Notes under the pieces: generated by a model
Seen by the model: only the letters and a program-made list of their open reading frames with translations
What the model was told of the DNA's origin: nothing
Databases searched by the model: none
Source: Flavobacteriales bacterium
Lineage (GTDB): Bacteria; Bacteroidota; Bacteroidia; Flavobacteriales; UBA7430
Reading direction: 5' to 3'
Length of the DNA: 64,000 bases
Assembly (NCBI GenBank): GCA_029247585.1
Contig: JAQWKY010000044.1
Coordinates: forward strand, 5,010 to 69,009
Part shown: positions 9,777 to 19,415 of the stretch, piece after piece
How the letters are laid out: each line of letters begins with the position of its first letter
How positions within the stretch are numbered: the stretch's first letter is position 1
Program-made: the position numbers and the translations under genes

Positions 9777-10556
9777 TTAAAGTGTTAAAAGCGTGTGTGC
9801 TTCAGTTCTGTTCTTGATAAAATTGGTATTTCCAATCATTACCTTCGATACGTTATTATTCAAAGCATGGAATGCATTTTCCATTTTAGGAAGCATCCCA
9901 TCGTGTATCACGTTTTGTTCTCGCAAATTTCGATAGCCTTCTGTATTGATGTTTTCAACAACAGAATCTTCATCGTTAACATCCATCAATACACCTTTCT
10001 TATCAAAACAGTAAATCAATTCTGTATCGTATTTAGCACTCATTGCTATGGCAATTTCTGTAGCTATAGTGTCTGCGTTTGTATTCAACAACAGCCCTTT
10101 CCCATCATGACAAATGGCAGAAAAAATAGGTACCATTTGGTTTTCAATAAAGGTATCTATGACTTTAGAATTGATGGATTGAATATCTCCTACAAATCCA
10201 TAATCTGTTGGTTTTAAAGGCCTCTTTGAGGCTAAAATCGTATTGGCATCTGCACCAGACAAACCTATAGCATTGCATTCTCTAGACTGAAGCGAAGCCG
10301 TAATATTCTTATTAATTAGTCCGGCATAAACCATGGTTACAACATCCAAATTCTCTTTGGAGGTAATTCTTCTGCCTTCATGCATACGTGTTTCTATACC
10401 TAGTTTTGCACTCAAAGCAGTGGCTATTTTACCTCCTCCGTGAATTAAAATTTTAGGTTCATCTAAGCGACTAAAATCTGACAGAAATGAATCTAATTTT
10501 TCTGAGTTATTGATGATTTCACCACCTATTTTGATGACGGTTAATTTAGCCTTCAT
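9777..10556 (-). CDS. argB: Acetylglutamate kinase
   Basis: 259 aa. Amino-acid-kinase fold (VIKIGGE.., ILIHGGG). Operon context. Confidence 0.9.
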   Translation of the reverse strand: MKAKLTVIKIGGEIINNSEKLDSFLSDFSRLDEPKILIHGGGKIATALSAKLGIETRMHEGRRITSKENLDVVTMVYAGLINKNITASLQSRECNAIGLSGADANTILASKRPLKPTDYGFVGDIQSINSKVIDTFIENQMVPIFSAICHDGKGLLLNTNADTIATEIAIAMSAKYDTELIYCFDKKGVLMDVNDEDSVVENINTEGYRNLREQNVIHDGMLPKMENAFHALNNNVSKVMIGNTNFIKNRTEAHTLLTL

Positions 10557-11496
10557 TACGTAACATTTTTAATAAAACGGCTTGTGCTGCAAATGTTCGG
10601 TTGTTGGCTTGTTCTAAAATGAGTGAAGAGGAAGCATCCAACACCTGATCTGTCGCAATCACGTTTCGTCTAATTGGCAAACAATGCATAAACTTTGCGT
10701 TGTTGGTTAATTTCATCTTCTGTTCATTAACCACCCAGTGATCTAAGTTCTTAAGAGTCTTTCCGTAATCATGGTAGCAGGACCAATTTTTAGCATAAAT
10801 AAAATCGGCATTTTCAAATGCTTTTTCCTGATCGTAAGAAATTTCAACGCCTTGGGTAAACTCTTCTTTTAGCTCATACCCCTTGGGATGCGTAATGGTC
10901 AAATCCACGTTCGTTTGTTTAACCCACTCAACAAATGAGTTAGAAACTGACTGCGGGAGAGCACGTGGATGTGGAGCCCAAGTCAGCACAACCTTTGGTT
11001 TCTCAATGATTTTATTTTCTGCAATTGTTATCAAGTCGGCAAATGACTGCAAAGGGTGTAGCGTGGCACTTTCCAAAGAAATGACCGGAACTGTGCTGTG
11101 TTTTATAAAGTTTGTGAGTACAGAATCTTGATAATCGTCAACCTTATTGGTTAAGGATGCAAATGTTCGAATTCCAATGATGTCACAATATTGAGAAACT
11201 ACACCTGCAGCCTCTTTAATATGTTCTTGAGTACCCTGATTCATTACTGTGCCGTCTCCAAATTCAATAGACCATCCATCATTATTTAAATTCATAACAA
11301 TGACGTTCATCCCCAAATTCATGGCGGCTTTCTGAGTACTCAAACGAGTTCTTAAACTCGGATTAAAAAACAACAAACCGAGTGTTTTATTTTCACCTAA
11401 CGTTTTGTTTTTAAATGGATTGCCCTTTAATTCTTGAGCAAGATCTAAAAGACTTTTAAGGTCGTTAACATCTGTTATGGAAGTAAACTTTTTCAC
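10546..11496 (-). CDS. argF: N-acyl-ornithine carbamoyltransferase (Bacteroidota ArgF', probably N-succinylornithine-specific)
   Basis: 316 aa. Carbamoyl-phosphate motif SLRTR and the HCLP motif. Acyl specificity is inferred from the Bacteroides precedent only. Confidence 0.75.
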   Translation of the reverse strand: MKKFTSITDVNDLKSLLDLAQELKGNPFKNKTLGENKTLGLLFFNPSLRTRLSTQKAAMNLGMNVIVMNLNNDGWSIEFGDGTVMNQGTQEHIKEAAGVVSQYCDIIGIRTFASLTNKVDDYQDSVLTNFIKHSTVPVISLESATLHPLQSFADLITIAENKIIEKPKVVLTWAPHPRALPQSVSNSFVEWVKQTNVDLTITHPKGYELKEEFTQGVEISYDQEKAFENADFIYAKNWSCYHDYGKTLKNLDHWVVNEQKMKLTNNAKFMHCLPIRRNVIATDQVLDASSSLILEQANNRTFAAQAVLLKMLRNEG

Positions 11497-12656
11497 TTTA
11501 ATACTTTTTTTAAAGCCTGAACAAATGGCGTAATTTCTTCAATGGTAATGTTTAATGGTGGTAATATACGAAGCAAGTTTGGATTTGCTGAGCCTCCGGT
11601 GAAAATTTGAAAATCATATAATAATTTTGATCGTAATTCTTTTACAGGATAATCAAACTCTACACCGAGCATTAAGCCTCTACCTTTAATTTCCTTAATG
11701 CTTGTTATGGTTTTAAGCTCACTGATTAAAAAATCGCTTACATGCGCTACATTTTCAATCAGAGATTCTTTTTTGAGTGTGTCTAAAACAGCAATACCTG
11801 CAGCACAAGCCAAGTGATTACCGCCAAACGTTGTTCCAAGCATACCAGGAGTTGCATTGATGTGTGGAGCAATCAACACCCCTCCAATAGGGAAACCATT
11901 ACCCATTCCTTTTGCCATACATATGATATCTGCGGAAACATTCGCATGCTGATGAGCAAAAAAGCGACCTGTTCGCCCATAACCACTTTGCACTTCGTCT
12001 AGGATAAGTAAAGCTTCATGTTCTTTACAAGCTTGAGATACAAAACTCAAAAAGTCGTCTGAGGGAGCATCAAGCCCACCAACACCTTGAATTCCTTCTA
12101 CAATAACCGCACAAACGTCTTTATTCTTTAAAGCTTCTGCAAGGGCTGCTTCATCGTTTAACTCAAGGAATACTACATCAAAATTATTTTTATTGATGGG
12201 TGCCGAAAGACGAGAGTTATCTGTTACGTTAAGCGCTGCCGCTGTACGTCCATGAAAACTTCCTTTAAAAGCAATTACCTTAGTTTTACCCGTATGAAAA
12301 GAGGCTAATTTTAATCCATTTTCATTCGCTTCAGCCCCACTGTTACAAAAAAACAATTGATGATCTGTATAGCCACTTAACGCAGTAAGTTTTTCAGCAA
12401 ACTCCTCTTGAATAGGCATCATTACAGAGTTGGAGTAAAAACCAATTTGTTTCAATTGATGGCTTATTTGAGCGATGTACTCAGGATGAGAATGTCCAAT
12501 AGATATCACCCCATGTCCGCCATACAAGTCTAAATATTTTTTTTCATTTTGATCAAAAACATAGACACCCTCAGCTCTGGCAGGTGTAACATCAAATCTT
12601 GGATAAACGTCGAACAATCCACTTTCTTGCTTTTTTAGTCCGCTTAATGTTGTCAT
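11493..12656 (-). CDS. argD: Acetyl/succinyl-ornithine aminotransferase (class III PLP)
   Basis: 387 aa. LILDEVQSGYGRTG and the PLP-lysine context ICMAKGMGNG. Confidence 0.9.
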   Translation of the reverse strand: MTTLSGLKKQESGLFDVYPRFDVTPARAEGVYVFDQNEKKYLDLYGGHGVISIGHSHPEYIAQISHQLKQIGFYSNSVMMPIQEEFAEKLTALSGYTDHQLFFCNSGAEANENGLKLASFHTGKTKVIAFKGSFHGRTAAALNVTDNSRLSAPINKNNFDVVFLELNDEAALAEALKNKDVCAVIVEGIQGVGGLDAPSDDFLSFVSQACKEHEALLILDEVQSGYGRTGRFFAHQHANVSADIICMAKGMGNGFPIGGVLIAPHINATPGMLGTTFGGNHLACAAGIAVLDTLKKESLIENVAHVSDFLISELKTITSIKEIKGRGLMLGVEFDYPVKELRSKLLYDFQIFTGGSANPNLLRILPPLNITIEEITPFVQALKKVLK

Positions 12657-12679
12657 CTATGGTAAAAGGTTGGTGTGGT

Positions 12680-13654
12680 TTATAAATAGTTAGCTTTGTA
12701 ATGAATACCGGTACTTTCCTCCAAACCAAACATGAGATTCATGTTTTGTATAGCTTGACCCGCTGCACCTTTCAATAAGTTGTCGATTACCGAAGTAACC
12801 AAAACTTTGTCGTCAATTTTTTCCACCTGAATAAAACAATTGTTGGTGTTTACAACTTGTTTTAGATGAACCGATTTTTCACTGACGAACACAAAAGGGT
12901 TACCCTCGTAAAAACTTTGATACAAATTTATCAATTCCTCTTGAGATAATTCGCTTTGGGTGTAAATACTGGCAAAAATACCACGGGTAAAATTCCCTCT
13001 AATGGGTAAAAAGTTTAGCTCAGATGCATCCGGTTGTAGGCTGTGTAAACTTTCATTGATTTCGTCCAAATGCTGATGTCTAAAAGCTTTGTAAATTGAT
13101 ATATTGTTGTTTCTCCAGCTAAAGTGAGAAGTGTCACTTAAAGACTTTCCTGCACCAGTAGAACCTGTTATGGCATTGATGTGAACGGATTGTTTCAGTT
13201 GACTGTGTTTCGCTAGCGGCAAAAGCCCCAATTGAATGGCCGTTGCAAAACATCCCGGATTGGCTATGTATTTAGCGTTTTTAATCTCATTTTTATTCAA
13301 CTCAACCAAACCATAGGTAAAAGATTTACCTTGAAGATTAGACTTTTCTTTGAGACGGAAATCATTACTAAGGTCAATGACTTTGGTGTTTTCTGAAAAG
13401 GTATGATTTTTCAAAAATTTGGCAGAATTACCATGTCCCAAACATAAAAAGAGAACATCAACATCTGGGTTAACTTGATCACTAAATTTCAAATTAGAGT
13501 GACCCAATAAATCCTGATGCATTTCAGAAACATTCATTCCTGCATTAGAATGACTGTATAAGAAATCGATGCATACATTTGGGTGATGGACAAGACAACG
13601 AATTAATTCTCCTGCAACATAGCCACTACTTCCTACAACTCCTACTTGTATCAT
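12680..13654 (-). CDS. argC: N-acetyl-gamma-glutamyl-phosphate reductase
   Basis: 324 aa. Active-site ANPGCFAT motif. Confidence 0.9.
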   Translation of the reverse strand: MIQVGVVGSSGYVAGELIRCLVHHPNVCIDFLYSHSNAGMNVSEMHQDLLGHSNLKFSDQVNPDVDVLFLCLGHGNSAKFLKNHTFSENTKVIDLSNDFRLKEKSNLQGKSFTYGLVELNKNEIKNAKYIANPGCFATAIQLGLLPLAKHSQLKQSVHINAITGSTGAGKSLSDTSHFSWRNNNISIYKAFRHQHLDEINESLHSLQPDASELNFLPIRGNFTRGIFASIYTQSELSQEELINLYQSFYEGNPFVFVSEKSVHLKQVVNTNNCFIQVEKIDDKVLVTSVIDNLLKGAAGQAIQNMNLMFGLEESTGIHYKANYL

Positions 13655-14844
13655 TGTTTTTTATTTACATGGTTAAAAATCTGCATGGAATTGGCGAGTA
13701 TCTTTGTGAATCCTTTCACATCGTCTCCAGACCAATTTTTATTAATCTCACCGTATTCTCCAAAATCAGATGTCATTAAATCATGAGGAGATTCAATTCC
13801 TTTGATCGTAAAGCGATAAGGGTTTAATTCAATAAATACCTTCCCCGACACATTGACTTGCGTATCCGACAAAAAGGTTTCAATATTTCGCATTACTGGC
13901 TCAAAATATTGTGCTTCATGAATAAACATACCATACCAGTTGGCCAACTGTTCTTTCCAGTGAAGTTGCCACTTGGAAAGTGTATGTTTCTCTAAGGTAT
14001 GATGTGCTTTGATAATGATGCTTGAAGCAGCGGCTTCAAAACCAACTCGCCCTTTTATCCCTATGATGGTATCTCCAACGTGAATATCTCGTCCTATAGC
14101 ATACTTGTTAGCTATATTTTCAATGTATTCTATGGCATCAACAGGTTTCATTTGAGCACCGTTTACGCCTGATATTTCACCTTTAGTAAATTCAATCACC
14201 AATTCCTGAGTCCCTTCAGCTTCGAGCTGACTCGGGTAAGCTGATTCAGGAAGAGCTTGATGCGAAGTTAATGTTTCTACACCTCCAACACTTGTACCCC
14301 ACAGCCCCTTATTTACAGAGTATTGCGCTTTCTTCCAATCCACATCAACACCGTACTTTGCCAAGTATTCAATCTCTGCCTTTCTCGATAATTGCTGATC
14401 TCTGATGGGTGTAATGATGGTAATTTCTGGCGCAATCAGTTGAAAGATTAAGTCAAAACGTATTTGATCATTACCCGCTCCTGTACTTCCGTGTGCAATG
14501 TATTTCGCTCCTATAGATTTAGCATATTTCGCTAAAGAAATCGCTTGATAAATACGCTCTGCACTCACCGACAAAGGGTAAGTGTTGTTTTTAAGGACGT
14601 TTCCGAATATCAAATACTTAATGATGTGATCGTAGTAAGATTGAGTTTCCTCAAGTGTTTCGTGATTAACAACTCCAAGAAATTTTGCTTTTTCTTCAAT
14701 TTCGACCAATTCATCCTTGGTAAAACCACCCGTATTGACAATGGCTGAGTAAACCTCAAATTGCTTTTCGTGCTTGAGGTATTTTACGCAATAAGAAGTG
14801 TCCAAACCACCGCTGAATGCAAGTACTATTTTATTATTTTCCAT
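13651..14844 (-). CDS. argG: Argininosuccinate synthase
   Basis: 397 aa. N-terminal AFSGGLDTS PP-loop. Confidence 0.9.
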   Translation of the reverse strand: MENNKIVLAFSGGLDTSYCVKYLKHEKQFEVYSAIVNTGGFTKDELVEIEEKAKFLGVVNHETLEETQSYYDHIIKYLIFGNVLKNNTYPLSVSAERIYQAISLAKYAKSIGAKYIAHGSTGAGNDQIRFDLIFQLIAPEITIITPIRDQQLSRKAEIEYLAKYGVDVDWKKAQYSVNKGLWGTSVGGVETLTSHQALPESAYPSQLEAEGTQELVIEFTKGEISGVNGAQMKPVDAIEYIENIANKYAIGRDIHVGDTIIGIKGRVGFEAAASSIIIKAHHTLEKHTLSKWQLHWKEQLANWYGMFIHEAQYFEPVMRNIETFLSDTQVNVSGKVFIELNPYRFTIKGIESPHDLMTSDFGEYGEINKNWSGDDVKGFTKILANSMQIFNHVNKKQ

Positions 14845-15496
14845 ATTTGATGCTTTTTAAAAGTTTTGGAAATAATTTTGCTTTTTCCTGAATTCGTTTT
14901 TTTCTGTCTTTCAAAAATTGAATAAATTTATCCCATGACTTTTTATTTTCAGCTGACTGTGTCTTAGTTTCTTTAAAATCACAGACCATTCCGGTACAAA
15001 GACACATGGTTTTGTTCGTTCGTTGTAGAACATCATAGTTGGTACAATTCTGACAGCCTTTCCAAAAATCTTCATCTGTTGTTAATTCTGAAAAAGCAAC
15101 AGGTTTGTATCCTAAATTAGAATTAATTTTCATCACAGCCATACTGGTCGTTATACCAAATAATTTGGCATCAGGGAATTTATTTTTAGAAAGCTCAAAA
15201 ATTTCTTTCTTAATGGCTTTTGCTAAACCTTTTTTTCGGTAATCAGGATGAATAATAAGTCCAGAATTGGAAACATACTTCTTTCCTTCCCAACTTTCTA
15301 TGTAACAAAACCCTACTGCAATGTCTTTATCTAAAGCAATAACGGCACGACCTTGTGACATTTTCTCCTTGATGTATTCAGGTTTTCTTTTAGCAATACC
15401 GGTACCTCTAACTTTAGCCGCTTTTTCCATTAGTTCACAAATGAAATGTGCGTGTTTTTCATGACTTTTATTGGTCACTTGAATGTTAAATTGCAT
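14834..15496 (-). CDS. GNAT acyltransferase heading the arg operon (candidate glutamate N-acyltransferase) with a C-terminal Cys-rich extension
   Basis: 220 aa. GNAT core (..IHPDYRKKGLAKAI..). Six Cys in CQNCTNYDVLQRTNKTMCLCTGMVCDF. Overlaps argG by 11 nt. Confidence 0.65.
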   Translation of the reverse strand: MQFNIQVTNKSHEKHAHFICELMEKAAKVRGTGIAKRKPEYIKEKMSQGRAVIALDKDIAVGFCYIESWEGKKYVSNSGLIIHPDYRKKGLAKAIKKEIFELSKNKFPDAKLFGITTSMAVMKINSNLGYKPVAFSELTTDEDFWKGCQNCTNYDVLQRTNKTMCLCTGMVCDFKETKTQSAENKKSWDKFIQFLKDRKKRIQEKAKLFPKLLKSIKYGK

Positions 15497-15698
15497 AACA
15501 AAAAGATTTAACGTTTGTTAAAAGATGTATTGAATAGAAAGTAGTTGTAAGAGGTGGCATAAGCAGGGATTCCCGCATAAAATTATTGCCTATTGGGCTC
15601 GCTCCTGAATCTGTTTTGAGGAGAGAAAGTTCCAATACCAATGGTAAGAACAGGGCGTTCTGATGGCGTGTATTTATTTACTTGCTTCATTGTACTTG

Positions 15699-15706
15699 CA
15701 AAGATA
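15699..15706 (-). promoter_or_regulatory. Candidate -7 promoter box for the arg operon
   Basis: The minus strand reads TATCTTTG (TAnnTTTG consensus), ~200 nt upstream of the GNAT start. Confidence 0.4.
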
Positions 15707-15770
15707 TGTAAAAACAATGTATTAACTACACCTAATCGCTAATTAAAGCTAATAAAGTGGTCGCAAAACA

Positions 15771-15802
15771 AAAAATGCGCTCCAATATTGGAGCGCATTT
15801 TT
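15771..15802 (-). terminator. Rho-independent terminator after the peroxiredoxin gene
   Basis: ATGCGCTCC-AATATT-GGAGCGCAT hairpin flanked by A5/T5 runs. Confidence 0.75.
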
Positions 15803-15818
15803 AGAACAAATCTTATTT

Positions 15819-16451
15819 TTAGTGGTTTGAAAGGTAATCAGCAGTTCCTTCGTGAGAAGGTTTCATAGCTTCTTTACCTTTAGCCCAGTTGGCAGGACAC
15901 ACCTCACCATTTTCTTCCACGAAAGTGAGCGCATCAACCATACGAATTGCTTCATCAACGTTTCTTCCAAGTGGAAGATTATTTACCACTTGATGTTGAA
16001 CAACACCTTCCTTGTCGATTAAAAACAACCCACGGTATGCTATCAATTCAGCATCTGCTTGTAATTGGTCATCTTCACTGATGAAGTAATCACCCGTTAG
16101 AACATCAAAGTTCTTTGAGATTGTTTTGTTCGTATCAGCAACAAGAGGGTAAGTAATTCCTTTGATACCTCCTTTAGACTTGTCCATTTGCAACCATCCC
16201 CAGTGAGACATTTCAGTATCGGTAGAAACAGCAACAACTTCTGTATTACGATCTTGAAATTCACCCAGTTTCTCTTGAAATGCATGTAACTCTGTCGGAC
16301 AAACAAAAGTAAAATCCTTAGGATAAAAGAATAGGATTACATTTTTTTTGCCCAAATATTGCTCCAAAGAAAAGTCTGCTTCAACAGATGTTCCATTAAC
16401 AACTGCTTTTGCTGAAAATTTCGGGGCTTTTCTGCCTACTAATACTGCCAT
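15819..16451 (-). CDS. Typical 2-Cys peroxiredoxin (AhpC/Prx1 type)
   Basis: 210 aa. Peroxidatic FTFVCPTE and resolving GEVCPANW motifs. Confidence 0.9.
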   Translation of the reverse strand: MAVLVGRKAPKFSAKAVVNGTSVEADFSLEQYLGKKNVILFFYPKDFTFVCPTELHAFQEKLGEFQDRNTEVVAVSTDTEMSHWGWLQMDKSKGGIKGITYPLVADTNKTISKNFDVLTGDYFISEDDQLQADAELIAYRGLFLIDKEGVVQHQVVNNLPLGRNVDEAIRMVDALTFVEENGEVCPANWAKGKEAMKPSHEGTADYLSNH

Positions 16452-16575
16452 TTTTCTTGTTTTAAGTTTCTAAAGTATTTCGTAACACAAAATTACAAAA
16501 CATTCACAAAAACAAAGGCTGTAATTCAAATAGTTTTGATGAAGGTAATCAATCATTAATTGCGAAAATAAATTT

Positions 16576-17742
16576 TCATTTACACTTCGGAAATGTTAAA
16601 ACAAATTGTGTCCAATGTCCATAGTCAGATTGACATGTGACATCTCCACCAAAATCTCTCATCACTCGTTTACAAAAAGCCAAACCCAAACCCGTATTAT
16701 CCATTTCACCTTGGTTCCTAAAACCATCAAAAATACTGCTGAGTCTGTCTTTAGAAATGCCTACCCCATTGTCTTTAAAATACAATGTATTGTGGTCACC
16801 TCCTCGTTCTAATCGTATTTGTATTTTCCCATGAGGTTTGTTAACCAAATAGAACAGTGCATTTTTAAAAAGATTGAACAATACGTAAACAAAGGAGTTC
16901 TCATCTCCCCTAAATTTAAAATCTTGATAAAAATCCAATTCAAACTTATCATTACCATGCTCACTCGAATAAGCAAAATCATCAATGGTTTGAAGAATAA
17001 TACTTGACATCCTTATGCGTCTAAAACTCTTTTTATCAATACGTTCTTTTCTTATATTTCTGAGCATAAGATCTACAATCATATCAGAGCGTTTGCATAT
17101 GTGCATACCCCTACTAATCAAGTCCGCAAAAGCTTCAATATTCTCATTAGGATGCATTTTTTTGAACTGAAACAACTCATTTTTTATTGTAGAAAAATTA
17201 AGACCAAACATGCTTAAAGAGTTTCTTATTTCTAAAGCAACACTACTTGCAAAGCCCTGCAAATAATTATTTATGCTAAGCATTTTACGATAGGTTTGTA
17301 TAGCTCCAATAATTTCAAACTCTAACTTACTGAAGGTGTTTTCCTCCTCAAACAAACAGCCGTCAATGTGGTACATCTTCGTAATTGCTTCCTCAGGGAA
17401 TGAAGTCGGGTATCCTGTTCTCAAAATTACCCTAATATTATCATTCTGCAGCTCTCTTCGAATGTAATGCATCATTTGTAAACCAATGTCATTTCCCTCA
17501 AGATGAACGTCTAGAATAATTAAAGCAATGTCATCATTTTCCCCTAATATTTCTTTTGAATCTGTAAATGAATACGATTCTATTGTCTTAAAATCTCTTC
17601 CAGCATAGGACATCTTACCCAACAACAAACTTGTAGCTTTTTGAACAGAGAGTCTATCATCCACAACCAGTACTTTCCACACTTTATCGTCGATAGTAAC
17701 CTTAGGTTTAATGGTAATCATTTCAGGAACTTGTACCTTCAT
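16576..17742 (-). CDS. Receiver (REC) domain fused to a histidine-kinase-like dimerisation/HATPase_c module with no His at the expected H-box position
   Basis: 388 aa. REC (VVDD.., ILDVHL, ILRTG). H-box-like FASSVALEIRNSLS with Leu170 (TTA, 17233-17235) where His is expected. N box (NLFKNALFY), G1 (DNGVGI) and G2 (GLGLAF) are intact. Confidence 0.7.
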   Translation of the reverse strand: MKVQVPEMITIKPKVTIDDKVWKVLVVDDRLSVQKATSLLLGKMSYAGRDFKTIESYSFTDSKEILGENDDIALIILDVHLEGNDIGLQMMHYIRRELQNDNIRVILRTGYPTSFPEEAITKMYHIDGCLFEEENTFSKLEFEIIGAIQTYRKMLSINNYLQGFASSVALEIRNSLSMFGLNFSTIKNELFQFKKMHPNENIEAFADLISRGMHICKRSDMIVDLMLRNIRKERIDKKSFRRIRMSSIILQTIDDFAYSSEHGNDKFELDFYQDFKFRGDENSFVYVLFNLFKNALFYLVNKPHGKIQIRLERGGDHNTLYFKDNGVGISKDRLSSIFDGFRNQGEMDNTGLGLAFCKRVMRDFGGDVTCQSDYGHWTQFVLTFPKCK

Positions 17743-17754
17743 AGTAATGATATC

Positions 17755-18183
17755 TTAATTAATAGGTGAACTCAATAAACAGGAATCAAGAGCAGACTTG
17801 GATTTTTTAGATAGTATTTTAATCGTTGCAAAATTTTCTGCTTCTTTTAAAATACTTTTAAAAATTAGCTTTTTATCTTTTTCATAATCATTAATTGTCG
17901 TCAGTGATAGTATCAATTTAATATGGCGTATACTTGCCAATATCTTGTAGTCATTATGAGATAGTCTTGTCATTTTTGTGGTGCCTACTTTTAACTGACA
18001 CCTTAAATCCGTCAAAGCATATGAAGCCCATACTTGCTGAGAAAATCGATCAATCGTGTCTACCATTTCAGAAACTCTTTCATATTCCATTGAAGTCTCT
18101 TGATCTTTTAAAATATACACATAGACATCTGCAATCTGATTGAGAATTCTTACATCAGAATGCTCTGTTTGGAATTTATTCAT
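17755..18183 (-). CDS. Hypothetical protein with no signal peptide, apparently co-transcribed upstream of the REC-HATPase gene
   Basis: 142-aa ORF ending 12 nt before the next start. No family recognised. Confidence 0.5.
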   Translation of the reverse strand: MNKFQTEHSDVRILNQIADVYVYILKDQETSMEYERVSEMVDTIDRFSQQVWASYALTDLRCQLKVGTTKMTRLSHNDYKILASIRHIKLILSLTTINDYEKDKKLIFKSILKEAENFATIKILSKKSKSALDSCLLSSPIN

Positions 18184-18345
18184 TCGAAAAATTTATTCTA
18201 ACATTTATTAATATATTCACATATATAGCTTGTTGTAAAGTTATATAAAATGTATGATATAACAAATAAAAAAATACTAAATAATTAAATTATTGAAATA
18301 ATGTGTGATACCATACACTTACACTATTATCAAAGGGATATGAAG

Positions 18346-19173
18346 TTAGAAATCACTCAAAAAACCTACACTGGCATCAATAACTTGAATTAATTCTGAA
18401 GTAAGCTTATTATTTTTATAAGGATGAACCGCACCAAAGGTATGTCCGGCATTTTCTATTTTTACTAGTTTAGAACCATTCACCTGACTTTGAATCTCAT
18501 CAGCCTCACAAAAATCGACTGCTGTGTCTTTTGTACCGTGAATGATCAGTAGGGGGCTGTTAATGCTACTGCAATTTTCAAGAATATCTAACTTATCTAT
18601 ATGCTTCTCAAAATTGTCATAGAATTGATAATACAAGGGCATCATCTGTAGGGTTCTTCCATTGTAAACATATTGAACGCCCGTTTCTTTCCAATCAGTA
18701 AGTTCGGTTGGGAATCGTCTTTTAAAATCACACACCGACGCCCAGGTAATTGCTTTTTTGATTCTGTAATCCTGCGCTGTTCTGAGTAAAGTAATCCCTC
18801 CTCCTCTACTATGACCGATGACTGCTAATCTAGAAAGATCAACATCTAGTTCTGAAGACTCTAGCCAATCGATTACCAAACCCAATTCATTAAGTTCAAT
18901 CTCAAAATTGTTATTCCCGAAAGCTTCCAAATCAACAAAATCGACAGGATTCTCAGTAGTAACACCATTGTGGGAAAAGTTAAACTTTAAATAGAAAAAC
19001 CCATGATTAGCAAATGCATCCGCAACCATATTTGAGGCTCCCCAATCCTTAAACCCCTTATATCCATGAACATAAATAATAGGTGTCATTTTCAGTGAAG
19101 ACTCAGAATATCTGTAATCAATCGATATTTTTCGATTGTTACACCCCTCGATTTCAAAATGTTTCTCAATCAT
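18346..19173 (-). CDS. Alpha/beta hydrolase (dienelactone-hydrolase/BAAT-like)
   Basis: 275 aa. Nucleophile elbow GHSRGG. Late IHGTKD and GH motifs. Confidence 0.7.
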   Translation of the reverse strand: MIEKHFEIEGCNNRKISIDYRYSESSLKMTPIIYVHGYKGFKDWGASNMVADAFANHGFFYLKFNFSHNGVTTENPVDFVDLEAFGNNNFEIELNELGLVIDWLESSELDVDLSRLAVIGHSRGGGITLLRTAQDYRIKKAITWASVCDFKRRFPTELTDWKETGVQYVYNGRTLQMMPLYYQFYDNFEKHIDKLDILENCSSINSPLLIIHGTKDTAVDFCEADEIQSQVNGSKLVKIENAGHTFGAVHPYKNNKLTSELIQVIDASVGFLSDF

Positions 19174-19406
19174 ACAATCTCATCAATTAAACGCGTCAAA
19201 AGAAAGTCTTTATCGGTAATCTTACCTCCCTCATCGTGTGTGCAAAAAGACAAGATCAAGCGATTGTATTCATTGTAAATTTCAGGATGATGATTTTCTC
19301 TTTCGCAAATTTCAGCAATGCAATTAATGAAATCAATGGCTTCTTTAAAGTCTTTAAACTTAAATTCTTTGACTAACTTTCCTTGTTTTTCAACCCACAT
19401 ACACAT
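19170..19406 (-). CDS. 4a-hydroxytetrahydrobiopterin (pterin-4a-carbinolamine) dehydratase
   Basis: 78 aa. ..ERENHHPEI..L.THD.. matches the PCD/DCoH family. Confidence 0.8.
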   Translation of the reverse strand: MCMWVEKQGKLVKEFKFKDFKEAIDFINCIAEICERENHHPEIYNEYNRLILSFCTHDEGGKITDKDFLLTRLIDEIV

Positions 19407-19415
19407 CCATTAGGC

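Noticed and set aside
15583-15690. 35-codon upstream ORF (MKQVNKYTPSERPVLTIGIGTFSPQNRFRSEPNRQ*) in the ~200-nt arg-operon leader, considered as an arginine attenuation leader peptide.
   Set aside because: It has only 4 scattered Arg codons (RFR at best) and no tandem Arg run. I could find no terminator/antiterminator pair downstream, only a weak 5-bp hairpin. The ATG sits ~8 nt from the putative -7 box. The evidence is insufficient, and I could not recognise an ArgR box either.
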